Assembly: GCA_020632515.1 (NCBI GenBank)
Contig: JACKFK010000008.1
Coordinates: forward strand, 72,171-136,170
Direction: 5' to 3'
DNA from: Candidatus Omnitrophota bacterium
GTDB taxonomy: Bacteria > Omnitrophota > Gorgyraeia > Zapsychrales > Zapsychraceae
DNA length: 64,000 nt
This document shows, one piece after another, positions 53,684 to 63,249 of this stretch (within the stretch, counting starts at the first letter, position 1; each line of letters opens with the position of its first letter). The notes under the pieces were generated by a model. That model was given only the letters and a program-made list of their open reading frames with translations, had not been told where the DNA came from and did not search any database. The translations under genes were made by a program, and so were the position numbers.

Positions 53684-55141
53684 ATGCAATTAAAACAATT
53701 ACTCGATAAAGTATATAATGGCCAAGTGCTCGACGCTTTTAAAGATATTGAAGTAGAGTTTATCACTGCGGATTCTCGTAAAGTAGCTGCGAATAGTTTA
53801 TTTATTGCCCGTTCAGGAATGAAATATGATGGAGGGAATTTCATTGATATGGCCGTCGAGAAAGGCGCTAAAGTTATTGTTAGCGCGAAAGAGGTTCAAT
53901 CATCTCAATCAAATTCACAAATTTGTTATTTAAAAACAGATAATCCTGATCAATTCTTGCGTCAAATCGCGCAAAAATTTTATGGCAACCTATCAGAGAA
54001 AATTAAAGTCATTGGTATTACTGGAACTAATGGTAAGACTACAATTAGCTATTTATTGGAATCAATTTTAAGGGAGGCCGGTAAAGAGAGCGGGCTGATT
54101 GGAACGATTAATCATCGCATTGGAAATAAAAGGATTCCTTCCTTTAATACAACGCCTTCATTGTTGGAAAATTTGGATTTTTTGTCGGAGATGATTCAAG
54201 AAGGAATTCCATATTGTATTATGGAAGTTTCTTCACACGCTCTTGATCAGGGTAGAGTTGATTTGATTGATTTTCATAGCGCTGTTTTTACCAATTTGAC
54301 GCAAGATCATCTTGATTATCATAAATCCCTTGAGAATTATTTTTCTGCTAAATCAAAATTGTTTACTCAACTTTCCAGTGACGCGGTCAGTATTATTAAT
54401 ATTGATGATAATTATGGTAAAAAATTGGTTTCTAAAACATCGTCAAAGATTATTACTTATGGAATAAATAAAAGCGCCCAGGTTATGGCGAAAGATATTC
54501 AGCTTAGTACAACAGCGACTCAATTTAAATTAGTAACGCCTCAGGATACTGTTTTAATTAAAAGTAATTTATTAGGGTTGTTTAATGTTTATAACATACT
54601 GGCTGCCGTATCGTTTTGTCTAAATGAAGATATTAGTCTAGATATCATTAAAAGATCAATCGAACATTTAAAACAAGTTCCAGGACGGCTGGAAAAGATT
54701 GATTACGGTCAAGATTTTACGATTCTTATTGATTACGCCCATACGCATGACGCGTTAGAAAATGTGTTAAGAACAATTAAAGACACTTGCGATTCTAAGA
54801 TTATCCTTGTCTTTGGTTGCGGAGGAGATCGTGATCAATCTAAACGTTTTAAAATGGGGAAGGTGGCCAGCCGATTAGCTGATTATAGCATCGTTACCAG
54901 CGATAATCCGCGCAGCGAAGATCCGGAGGTGATCATTGAGCAGATTACTAAAGGATTTAAAATGGGACAGTATGAAGTTGAAGTGGATCGGTTTAAAGCT
55001 ATTGAAAAAGCACTGACGATGGCAGAGGCGGATGATATTGTTTTAATTGCGGGGAAGGGGCATGAAAATTATCAAATTTTTAAAGAGCGCACGATTAAAT
55101 TTGATGAAAGAAGAATTATAAAGGATTTGCTTCAATGTTAA
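53684..55141 (+). CDS. murE: UDP-N-acetylmuramoyl-L-alanyl-D-glutamate--2,6-diaminopimelate ligase
   Basis: GITGTNGKTT P-loop, Mur ligase middle and C-terminal domains, and the DNPR motif (TSDNPRSEDP) typical of DAP-adding MurE. Confidence 0.94.
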   Translation: MQLKQLLDKVYNGQVLDAFKDIEVEFITADSRKVAANSLFIARSGMKYDGGNFIDMAVEKGAKVIVSAKEVQSSQSNSQICYLKTDNPDQFLRQIAQKFYGNLSEKIKVIGITGTNGKTTISYLLESILREAGKESGLIGTINHRIGNKRIPSFNTTPSLLENLDFLSEMIQEGIPYCIMEVSSHALDQGRVDLIDFHSAVFTNLTQDHLDYHKSLENYFSAKSKLFTQLSSDAVSIINIDDNYGKKLVSKTSSKIITYGINKSAQVMAKDIQLSTTATQFKLVTPQDTVLIKSNLLGLFNVYNILAAVSFCLNEDISLDIIKRSIEHLKQVPGRLEKIDYGQDFTILIDYAHTHDALENVLRTIKDTCDSKIILVFGCGGDRDQSKRFKMGKVASRLADYSIVTSDNPRSEDPEVIIEQITKGFKMGQYEVEVDRFKAIEKALTMAEADDIVLIAGKGHENYQIFKERTIKFDERRIIKDLLQC

Positions 55142-56499
55142 CAACGCTTGATATTATTACTGCTACCCGGGGCGCACTTTTAGACGGATCAAAAATAAAA
55201 AGATTTAAAAGTGTTTCTATTGATTCCAGGAAAATAAAACCAGGCGCATTATTTATTGCGATTGTAGGACAGCGATTTGATGGCCATAAGTTTATTGAAG
55301 AAGCTATTGAGCAGGGCGCTGTGGGGGTTGTGGTTTCAAAAAAGATTAAGATAAATTCAAATGTTGTCGTTGTCCGGGTTGAAGACACGACGCAGGCGCT
55401 GGGACAAATTGCCGGATTTTATCGTCAGCAATTTAATATTCCTGTTGTGGCTATAACCGGCAGCGCAGGCAAGACGACGACAAAAGAAATGATAGCGGCG
55501 GTATTAAAATCTAAATGGAGAGTATTAAAAAATTATAAAACAGAAAATAACCAGTTTGGCGTACCGTTAACGTTGCTGAAACTTAAAAGAACTCATAACA
55601 TGGTTGTTTTGGAATTAGGAACGAATAGGCCAGGAGATATCGCATGGCTGGCGCGGATTGCTCAGCCGACAGTTGCGGTGTTTACGAATATTGGAGAATC
55701 GCATTTGGAAGAGTTAAAATCGGCAAAAGGGGTTTTTCAGGAGAAACTGCAATTAATTAAGTATCTTCATCAAGATGGAAAAATTGTATATAACAAGGAT
55801 GATGCTTATTTGAAAAAGATTAAAGTGATGAAAACATCACAACGAAAAATAAGTTATTCTATTGAGCAAAAAGCAGATGTCAGCGTGGATGATCGGATAA
55901 ATCTACAAGGAAGATTTGTTAAGTTTACGATTAAGAATGTAAAGTTTATGTTAAAGAGTCCGGCTGCGCATAATGTTTTAAATGCCTTAGCCACGGTCTG
56001 TGTGGGGCGGTGTTTTTCGATGAAGTTGGAGGAAATAAATAAGTGTTTGAATCGTTTCACTTTTGTCGATGGACGACAGAAATGGAGTCGGCAAGGTTCG
56101 TTTTGGTTAATTGATGACTCATATAATTCCAATCCTATTTCTTTTCGCAGCGCTATTGAGACTTTAGACGCGTTAAATATAAAGGGGCGGAAAATTCTTA
56201 TTTGTGCTGATATGTTGGAACTGGGTGAGAATTCAAAACGGTTGCATGAACTAATGGGGCAGCGATTGCTTCAGTCGTCGGTTAATATGGTTTTTACCAT
56301 AGGTAAGCATGCTCAAATTATTTCGCAAGTTTTAAAGAGTAATATTAACGATATTTTAGCCGTGCATTACGCAGATGTTGGAGAACTGCATCGACAATTA
56401 AAAGATTTTTGTCAAAAAGGCGATGTCCTGCTGATCAAAGGTTCACGAGGTATGCAGTTGGATCAAACAGTTAAATTCTTGCAGCAAAACCATAATTAA
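55135..56499 (+). CDS. murF: UDP-N-acetylmuramoyl-tripeptide--D-alanyl-D-alanine ligase
   Basis: FIAIVGQRFDGHKF, AITGSAGKTTTKEM, DSYNSNP. Position after murE. Confidence 0.94.
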   Translation: MLTTLDIITATRGALLDGSKIKRFKSVSIDSRKIKPGALFIAIVGQRFDGHKFIEEAIEQGAVGVVVSKKIKINSNVVVVRVEDTTQALGQIAGFYRQQFNIPVVAITGSAGKTTTKEMIAAVLKSKWRVLKNYKTENNQFGVPLTLLKLKRTHNMVVLELGTNRPGDIAWLARIAQPTVAVFTNIGESHLEELKSAKGVFQEKLQLIKYLHQDGKIVYNKDDAYLKKIKVMKTSQRKISYSIEQKADVSVDDRINLQGRFVKFTIKNVKFMLKSPAAHNVLNALATVCVGRCFSMKLEEINKCLNRFTFVDGRQKWSRQGSFWLIDDSYNSNPISFRSAIETLDALNIKGRKILICADMLELGENSKRLHELMGQRLLQSSVNMVFTIGKHAQIISQVLKSNINDILAVHYADVGELHRQLKDFCQKGDVLLIKGSRGMQLDQTVKFLQQNHN

Positions 56500-56507
56500 G
56501 TAAAGCT

Positions 56508-57593
56508 ATGTTTTATTTTTTATCAGGACTTAGAGATACATTTTCTGGATTAAATCTATTTCGTTATATTACTTTTCGCGCGGGGATGGCTGCGGTGACG
56601 ACTTTTTTATTATGTGTTATTTTTGGTCCGTTTTTTATACGCATATTAAAGAAAATGAAGTTTCAGGAAATTACCAAGAGAGATGATTGTCCAATATTAG
56701 ACCAGTTTCAGGGCGGTAAACAAGGAACCCCGACCATGGGAGGAATTTTTGTCGTTGGAAGTATAGCGGTCTCGATACTGTTATGGAATGATTTAGCTAA
56801 TCCTTACGTCTTGATGACGCTATTTACTTTATTAAGTTTGGCTTGTTTGGGATTTTACGATGATTACATTAAATTGACTAAAAAAGGTCAGCGGGGATTA
56901 AAAAAACGTTCTAAATTATTTTGGCAAATAGTGATTGGAGCGGTCATGGGGTTATTTGTATATTATAATCCTAATACCTCGTCAGATTTGACATTTCCAT
57001 TTTTTAAAAATTTGGTTTGGAATTTAGGAATTTTTTATATACCCGTCGTTGCCATCATTTTAATTGGAACATCAAATGCTGTTAATTTAACGGATGGTTT
57101 AGATGGTCTAGCTATTGGCTGTGTTTTAATTGTCAGTTTGACTTTGGCGATTTTGTGCTATATTACCGGCCATGTTCGTTTTAGTGAATATTTGTTTATT
57201 CCTTATGTTGCCAGCGTCGGGGAATTATCCATTATTTGTATGGCTATCTTAGGAGCAAGTCTTGGATTTTTATGGTTTAACGCTCATCCAGCCAGTGTTT
57301 TTATGGGGGATACAGGGTCTTTATCTCTTGGAGGGACATTGGGAATTATTTCTGTGATTATTAAGAAAGAGCTTTTGCTGGTTGTGTTAGGCGGTGTTTT
57401 TGTAGTGGAGGCGTTATCAGTAATTTTACAGGTATTTTCTGTTAAGGTACGGGGAAAAAGGATATTTAAGGTCTCGCCGTTACATCATCATTTACAATTA
57501 TCAGGTTGGGAAGAATCGAAAATTATTATTCGTTTTTGGATAATTGCGATTATTCTCGCGTTATTAACATTGACGACATTAAAAATTAGGTAA
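56508..57593 (+). CDS. mraY: phospho-N-acetylmuramoyl-pentapeptide-transferase
   Basis: GTPTMGG, NAVNLTDGLDGLA, FMGDTGSL, PLHHHLQLSGW. Confidence 0.96.
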   Translation: MFYFLSGLRDTFSGLNLFRYITFRAGMAAVTTFLLCVIFGPFFIRILKKMKFQEITKRDDCPILDQFQGGKQGTPTMGGIFVVGSIAVSILLWNDLANPYVLMTLFTLLSLACLGFYDDYIKLTKKGQRGLKKRSKLFWQIVIGAVMGLFVYYNPNTSSDLTFPFFKNLVWNLGIFYIPVVAIILIGTSNAVNLTDGLDGLAIGCVLIVSLTLAILCYITGHVRFSEYLFIPYVASVGELSIICMAILGASLGFLWFNAHPASVFMGDTGSLSLGGTLGIISVIIKKELLLVVLGGVFVVEALSVILQVFSVKVRGKRIFKVSPLHHHLQLSGWEESKIIIRFWIIAIILALLTLTTLKIR

Positions 57594-57596
57594 TAA

Positions 57597-58898
57597 ATGT
57601 TAGACATTAATAATAAGAAGATCACGATTATTGGGGCAAAAAAAACCGGCAGCGCTTTAATAAATCTGATTTTACATTTTAAGGGTATCGCAAAGATATC
57701 CGAGACCGCATCATTTTCACAAGAACATTTGGATTGGTTTGATAAACATTGTGTTCAATATGAATCCGGCGGGCATAGTGAGGCGTTTATTAAAGATAGC
57801 GATATTGTTGTTATAAGTCCTGGTGTGCGGATGGATGGACCAGCGGTCTGTTGGGCTAGGTTTGCCGGTATTCCTGTTTTAGGAGAAATTGAATTTGCAG
57901 CACAATTTTGTACAGTTCCAATTATTGCTGTGACTGGAAGTAATGGAAAGTCAACGGTCTCCACTTTAATTTACGAAATTCTTCACGCTAATGGAAAAAA
58001 AGTAGCGCTTTGCGGAAATATTGGATATCCATTTTCTCAATGCCTTGTTGAGCAGGATAATCTCGATTATATTGTGATTGAAGTTAGTTCATTTCAATTA
58101 GAATCAATGTTAGAACCTAATTCGCCTTTTTTAAATAAAAATTTCAAAGGTCGGCGAAGATGGTTTAAAGGATTTAAGCCAAAAATCGCGGTGCTGCTTA
58201 ATCTTAATCAGAATCATTTAGATCGGCATAAGGATATGGAAGAATATTTTCAAGCTAAAGCCAGATTGTTTTCGAATCAAGATAACGCGGATTACGCTGT
58301 GATCGATGGCGATGGAGATTATTTCTCTCGGTTAAGAACTAAAGTTAACGCGCAGATCATTCCTTTTAATACTAATGAACAGGGTGAGAATTTTAATCAC
58401 AATGCGGTTATGAAAGTAGGGCAGATTTTAAAAGTAGATAATGAAATTTGTTCGAAGGTATTTACAGAGTTTAGGGGATTAGAGCATCGGTTGGAATGGG
58501 TGAGAAATCTTGATGGAATTGATTTTATTAATGATTCCAAAGCGACAACCGCGGAAGCTTGTCGATGGGCGCTGAATCAAATTAATCAGCCGATATTGAT
58601 GATTTGCGGAGGGCGAGATAAAAATATCGATTTTTCTGTTTTAGCTCATCTTGTGCATGAAAAAGTTAAAAAGATTTTTGCCTTTGGAGAAGCGAAACAA
58701 AAAATTAAGCAGACGTTTGAAACGTTTGTTCAAGTGGAAGAATGTGATGTTTTGGAAAATGCGGTGAGAAAAGCGAGATCTTCCGCGAATAAAGGAGATT
58801 GTGTGGTGTTAACACCGATGTGCACGAGCTTTGACATGTTTACCAATTTTGAAGAGCGGGGACGTGTTTTTAAAGAAATTGTGAATAAATTAGAGTAA
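57597..58898 (+). CDS. murD: UDP-N-acetylmuramoylalanine--D-glutamate ligase
   Basis: N-terminal Rossmann fold (IIGAKKTG), VTGSNGKSTV P-loop, DSKATT. Position after mraY. Confidence 0.93.
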   Translation: MLDINNKKITIIGAKKTGSALINLILHFKGIAKISETASFSQEHLDWFDKHCVQYESGGHSEAFIKDSDIVVISPGVRMDGPAVCWARFAGIPVLGEIEFAAQFCTVPIIAVTGSNGKSTVSTLIYEILHANGKKVALCGNIGYPFSQCLVEQDNLDYIVIEVSSFQLESMLEPNSPFLNKNFKGRRRWFKGFKPKIAVLLNLNQNHLDRHKDMEEYFQAKARLFSNQDNADYAVIDGDGDYFSRLRTKVNAQIIPFNTNEQGENFNHNAVMKVGQILKVDNEICSKVFTEFRGLEHRLEWVRNLDGIDFINDSKATTAEACRWALNQINQPILMICGGRDKNIDFSVLAHLVHEKVKKIFAFGEAKQKIKQTFETFVQVEECDVLENAVRKARSSANKGDCVVLTPMCTSFDMFTNFEERGRVFKEIVNKLE

Positions 58899-58917
58899 TC
58901 GTTAGCGGAGATAAATT

Positions 58918-60006
58918 ATGCGTCAGATAAGAATTTCTATTGCGACCATCGTTACCATTCTTATTTGTATTGGGATTGTTATGATATTTAGTTCCAGCGG
59001 GGTTTATGCCCGGCAAGAATTAAAACAGACAACGTATTTTTTGAATCGGCATTTGGTTTTCTTAGTTATTGGATTTATATTAACTTTTTCCATTATGGCT
59101 TTGGATTATCGCGATTTACGCAAATACGCTAAGCCAATGTTGATCATAACTATTGCAATGCTTGTTTTTGTTTTATTTCCCGGTATTGGAAAAATAACTT
59201 ATGGTGCTAGACGATGGTTTAGTTTTGGGCCGATTAATTTTCAGCCTTCTGAACTGGCCAAGATTACAATGTTGATTTATGTAGCAGATTTTCTGGCCAG
59301 AAAAAAAGGAAAGATTACTAGTTTTAAGGAAGGTTTTTTACCGATTATTTTGATATTAGGGGTAGTGAGCGTCTTAATTCTAAAGCAACCTGATTTAGGG
59401 AATGTTGTTTTAATTGCCAGTATAACTTTGATTATGATTTTTTTGGCAGGCGCGCGGGTATCGCATATTTTATCTTTAGGGTTATTATCATTGCCTGCGT
59501 TATATATTCTTGTTTTTAAAGTGCCTTACCGTTTAAAACGTATAGTGGCTTTTTTAGATCCGTGGCAGGATAGTCAAGGGGCGGGGTTTCAGTTAACACA
59601 ATCACAAATTGCGTTGGGGTCCGGCGGTGTTTTTGGCGTTGGTTTAGGAAAAAGCATGCAGAAACTCTTTTATCTTCCTGCGGCGCACACGGATTTTATT
59701 TTTTCGATTATCGGCGAAGAGTTGGGGCTTATCGGAACGTTTGTAATTTTGATACTGTTTATAGCTTTTATATGGCAGGGGGCGCGGATTGTAAAACGGA
59801 CGACTAACCCTTTCGGATATTTTCTTGCTGTAGGGATTGTATCGATGTTAGGTTTGCAGGCTGTTGTTAATTTGGGGGTGAGTATTGGCGCCTTTCCAAC
59901 TAAAGGCTTGCCGCTTCCCTTTATTAGTTATGGTGGTTCGGCATTAATATTTAATATGATGGCTGTGGGGCTTTTACTGAATATCTCCCGGATTGAAGAT
60001 TTATGA
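58918..60006 (+). CDS. ftsW: peptidoglycan glycosyltransferase FtsW (SEDS family)
   Basis: QPSELAKI, KQPDLG, HTDFIFSIIGEELG, LPFISYGGS. dcw context between murD and murG. Confidence 0.93.
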   Translation: MRQIRISIATIVTILICIGIVMIFSSSGVYARQELKQTTYFLNRHLVFLVIGFILTFSIMALDYRDLRKYAKPMLIITIAMLVFVLFPGIGKITYGARRWFSFGPINFQPSELAKITMLIYVADFLARKKGKITSFKEGFLPIILILGVVSVLILKQPDLGNVVLIASITLIMIFLAGARVSHILSLGLLSLPALYILVFKVPYRLKRIVAFLDPWQDSQGAGFQLTQSQIALGSGGVFGVGLGKSMQKLFYLPAAHTDFIFSIIGEELGLIGTFVILILFIAFIWQGARIVKRTTNPFGYFLAVGIVSMLGLQAVVNLGVSIGAFPTKGLPLPFISYGGSALIFNMMAVGLLLNISRIEDL

Positions 60007-61079
60007 GAATTATCCTGGCTACAGGCGGCACGGGAGGGCATTTATTTCCAGCATTAAAAACAGCGGTTGTTCTTAAAAATCTTGGGCATGAAATTATATT
60101 TTGCGGATCATTTGGCGTCGCTGTTGAAAAAATTACTGATTATGGATTTGAATATCATAATTTAAATGCTAAAGGATTGTCTTTCTCCACGCCAATCAAA
60201 TTTATCCAAACTGCAATGATTTTGCTTGCGGTTTCTTTTAAATCGATAGCTCTTTTAAATAAAATACAACCAGCTGTGATTTGTGGGTTCGGCGGATACG
60301 GAGCTTTTCCTATTATCTTTGCGGGGTGTTTTAAACGGATTCCTTGTATGATTCATGAACAAAATGTTGTGCCGGGACGAGCGAATAAAATGTTGGATCG
60401 GTGGGTGAGGAAAGTAGCGGTTAGTTTTAAAGCGGCTAGAAAATATTTTAAGAATCCAAATATTGTTTTGACAGGCTGCCCGTGTCATCACACGAAAGTT
60501 AAATTATCACAGAAAGAATGCCGTGCTAAATTTGGTTTGGATAGAGATCGGTTAACGCTTTTAATTATTGGTGGTAGTCAGGGAAGTCAGCGAATTAATG
60601 AAGTTGTTTCTCAGGCAGTAATGACGTTAGAAAATAAAGCTGATATTCAAGTTATTCACATGACAGGCCCTAAGGATTGCGATAGTATAAAAACTCTTTA
60701 TCTTAAGCTAAAGTTACCAACAGCTGTTTTTCCATTTATTGATTGTATAGAAACAGCTTATCAGGCAGCAGATTTGGTGATAGCGCGCAGCGGCGCGGCG
60801 ACGGTATCGGAATTAGCAGTCTTTCAGAAGTTGTCTATATTAATTCCTTATCCACACGCGGGGGGACATCAAAAAGAAAACGCAAAAATACTGGCTGATT
60901 GTCATGAGGCTACTATAATAGACGAGAAAGAATTAACAGCAGATACTTTAAGAAAAATCATTCTTGAACAATTGCAAAGAATTATTTCAGGCGGGGTAGA
61001 CGGTAGAGGCCTTTCTCAAATAACTATTCCCGAAGCAGATCATCAATTAGCAAAAGAAATTATTGCCTTGGGTTCATGA
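60003..61079 (+). CDS. murG: undecaprenyldiphospho-muramoylpentapeptide beta-N-acetylglucosaminyltransferase
   Basis: GGTGGHLFPAL, HEQN, GGSQGS, ARSGAATVSEL. Confidence 0.94.
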   Translation: MRIILATGGTGGHLFPALKTAVVLKNLGHEIIFCGSFGVAVEKITDYGFEYHNLNAKGLSFSTPIKFIQTAMILLAVSFKSIALLNKIQPAVICGFGGYGAFPIIFAGCFKRIPCMIHEQNVVPGRANKMLDRWVRKVAVSFKAARKYFKNPNIVLTGCPCHHTKVKLSQKECRAKFGLDRDRLTLLIIGGSQGSQRINEVVSQAVMTLENKADIQVIHMTGPKDCDSIKTLYLKLKLPTAVFPFIDCIETAYQAADLVIARSGAATVSELAVFQKLSILIPYPHAGGHQKENAKILADCHEATIIDEKELTADTLRKIILEQLQRIISGGVDGRGLSQITIPEADHQLAKEIIALGS

Positions 61080-61852
61080 AAAAATATGCCGCTTTTTTAT
61101 TAGGATTATTTATTTTCTCGTCAGTGTCGGGTGAATGCCGTGATTGGAAGGAATATAAAAGGCGGTATTTTATTATTTATCATAATGATGCCCCGCAGGA
61201 TTTTATTAAAGAAGTGGATAAGGCCGCGGAAGAGTATTATCGTGAGATTGCGCGGAATTTAGGTTTTACCCGTTATGATGCCTGGACGTGGGATGATCGG
61301 GCGAGAATTTATATTTATGATGATTCTGAAGATTATGTACAGTCATCAAAATTAGCCCAATGGTCGCATGGGGCAGCGTCTCCAGAAGATAAAATTATTC
61401 GCACTTTTCCATCAGCTCATGGTTTTTTTGATTCCACATTACCGCATGAAATTGGACATATTATATTTCGGGAATTTATCGGGTTTCGCGCGCGCGTACC
61501 GGCATGGTTTGAAGAAGGCGTGGCCATGTATCAGGAGAAAGCCAAACGCTGGGGCGCAGACGAACATGTTAAAGAAGCTTTAGATAATGGTCGGTTTATT
61601 AGCATTATGGATTTAACGGCTCTTCGATTGACGACAAGAACTGGTCAAGATGTTGTAAATCTTTTTTACGCGGAATCAGCCAGCATTGTAAATTTTTTGA
61701 TCAGTGAATATGGAAAAACAAAATTTGTTCATTTCTGCAGGAAATTGAAAGAAGGAGCTTCTTTTGAAAAGGCTCTTGCTAAAGTATACGTAAATATAAA
61801 AGACTTAGAACGATTAAATACAAAATGGGTAGAATATGTCAAAACTAAATAA
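61076..61852 (+). CDS. secreted zinc metallopeptidase-like protein (peptidase MA clan, HExxH) embedded in the dcw cluster
   Basis: Signal peptide MKKYAAFLLGLFIFSSVSG, HEIGH zinc motif followed by WFEEGVAMYQE (third ligand/Glu region). Start overlaps the murG stop (ATGA), and the end overlaps the murC start by 17 nt. Confidence 0.7.
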   Translation: MKKYAAFLLGLFIFSSVSGECRDWKEYKRRYFIIYHNDAPQDFIKEVDKAAEEYYREIARNLGFTRYDAWTWDDRARIYIYDDSEDYVQSSKLAQWSHGAASPEDKIIRTFPSAHGFFDSTLPHEIGHIIFREFIGFRARVPAWFEEGVAMYQEKAKRWGADEHVKEALDNGRFISIMDLTALRLTTRTGQDVVNLFYAESASIVNFLISEYGKTKFVHFCRKLKEGASFEKALAKVYVNIKDLERLNTKWVEYVKTK

Positions 61853-63236
61853 ACAACATCATTATCATCTTATTGGAATTGGCGGAATTGGAATGGGAGC
61901 GATTGCCTCCTTATTATTAGCGAAAGGCTATAAGGTAACTGGGTCTGATGCAAAAGAAAATGACATGGTCAAGAACTTGATAGAGCAAGGCGCTCAGATT
62001 TCAATTGGCCATGATTCTTCTTTGATTGCAGGCGCAGATGGGGTTGTTTATTCGTCGGCGATTAAATTTGATAATCAGGAAATTATATACGCGAAAAATA
62101 AAGAAATACCACTTTATCAGCGAGCAGATATATTAGCTGAGTTAATGTCGGAGCATATTGGCATTACCGTAGCAGGAGCTCATGGCAAGACAACGACTTC
62201 ATCAATGACATGTCAGTTATTGATGAAGGCGGGACTGCAGCCGACAGTTGCTATTGGTGGAATTGTCAGAGGATTGTCGGCCAATGCCAAACTAGGTCAA
62301 GGAAAGTATTTTGTCTCTGAGGTGGATGAGAGCGACGGATCATTTTTAAAATTTTATCCACACTATTCACTGATCACTAATATTGATTATGAACATCTTG
62401 ATTATTATAAATCGTGGGATAATATCATTAAAGCCTACAAGCAATTTGTGGCTAACACGCATCCAGATGGAATAATTATCGGCTGCGGTGAAGACGAAAA
62501 TGTTATGTCGTTATTAAAATCTTCCAACAGGAAATTTGTGACTTATGGTTTTTCATCGGATTTTGATGTTTTCGCGCAGCAATTAACACAAACAGATTTC
62601 TCATCGTCGTTTCATTGTTTCGCTTTTGGAAAATCGTTAGGTCTTTTTGAATTATCGCTTCCCGGCAAACATAATATTCTTAATGCGATGGCGGTGATAT
62701 CTCTCGGGTTAAAAATGGGCGTAGATTTAAATATTATTAAAGAGGGAATGAAGAAATTTGAAGGGGTTCAGCGTCGGTTTCAATTAATTGACAATATCAA
62801 TAATATTAAGGTTATTGACGACTACGCGCATCATCCTACGGAAATTAAAATGACGTTGCAGGCTGCGGAGCGATTTAAAAAAGAACGTTTAATCGCGGTG
62901 TTTCAACCTCATCGGTATTCGCGTTTTAATTCTTTATTTGATGAATTTGCCGAGGCATTAAAGAATTGTGATTATTTAATTATAACTGATATTTACACCG
63001 CTGGAGAATCTCCTATAGCTGGCGTAACAATTGAAAGATTCGAGAAGTTAATGCGGGAAAAAACAATAAAGCCAGTTAAATATGTTGAAAAGGAAAAACT
63101 TGTTCAATTTATTTCTGCAGAAGCGAAAGAAGGTGATATGGTTTTAATGTTAGGGGCGGGAGATATCACGAAAATCGCTTATCTATTGGCCGAAGAATTG
63201 AATTGTTCGCGGCAAAAACAAACAGAACGGGTATAA
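61836..63236 (+). CDS. murC: UDP-N-acetylmuramate--L-alanine ligase
   Basis: HLIGIGGIGMGAIA, VAGAHGKTTTSSM, DDYAHHPTE. Confidence 0.94.
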   Translation: MSKLNKQHHYHLIGIGGIGMGAIASLLLAKGYKVTGSDAKENDMVKNLIEQGAQISIGHDSSLIAGADGVVYSSAIKFDNQEIIYAKNKEIPLYQRADILAELMSEHIGITVAGAHGKTTTSSMTCQLLMKAGLQPTVAIGGIVRGLSANAKLGQGKYFVSEVDESDGSFLKFYPHYSLITNIDYEHLDYYKSWDNIIKAYKQFVANTHPDGIIIGCGEDENVMSLLKSSNRKFVTYGFSSDFDVFAQQLTQTDFSSSFHCFAFGKSLGLFELSLPGKHNILNAMAVISLGLKMGVDLNIIKEGMKKFEGVQRRFQLIDNINNIKVIDDYAHHPTEIKMTLQAAERFKKERLIAVFQPHRYSRFNSLFDEFAEALKNCDYLIITDIYTAGESPIAGVTIERFEKLMREKTIKPVKYVEKEKLVQFISAEAKEGDMVLMLGAGDITKIAYLLAEELNCSRQKQTERV

Positions 63237-63249
63237 GTAAGGGGAATTT

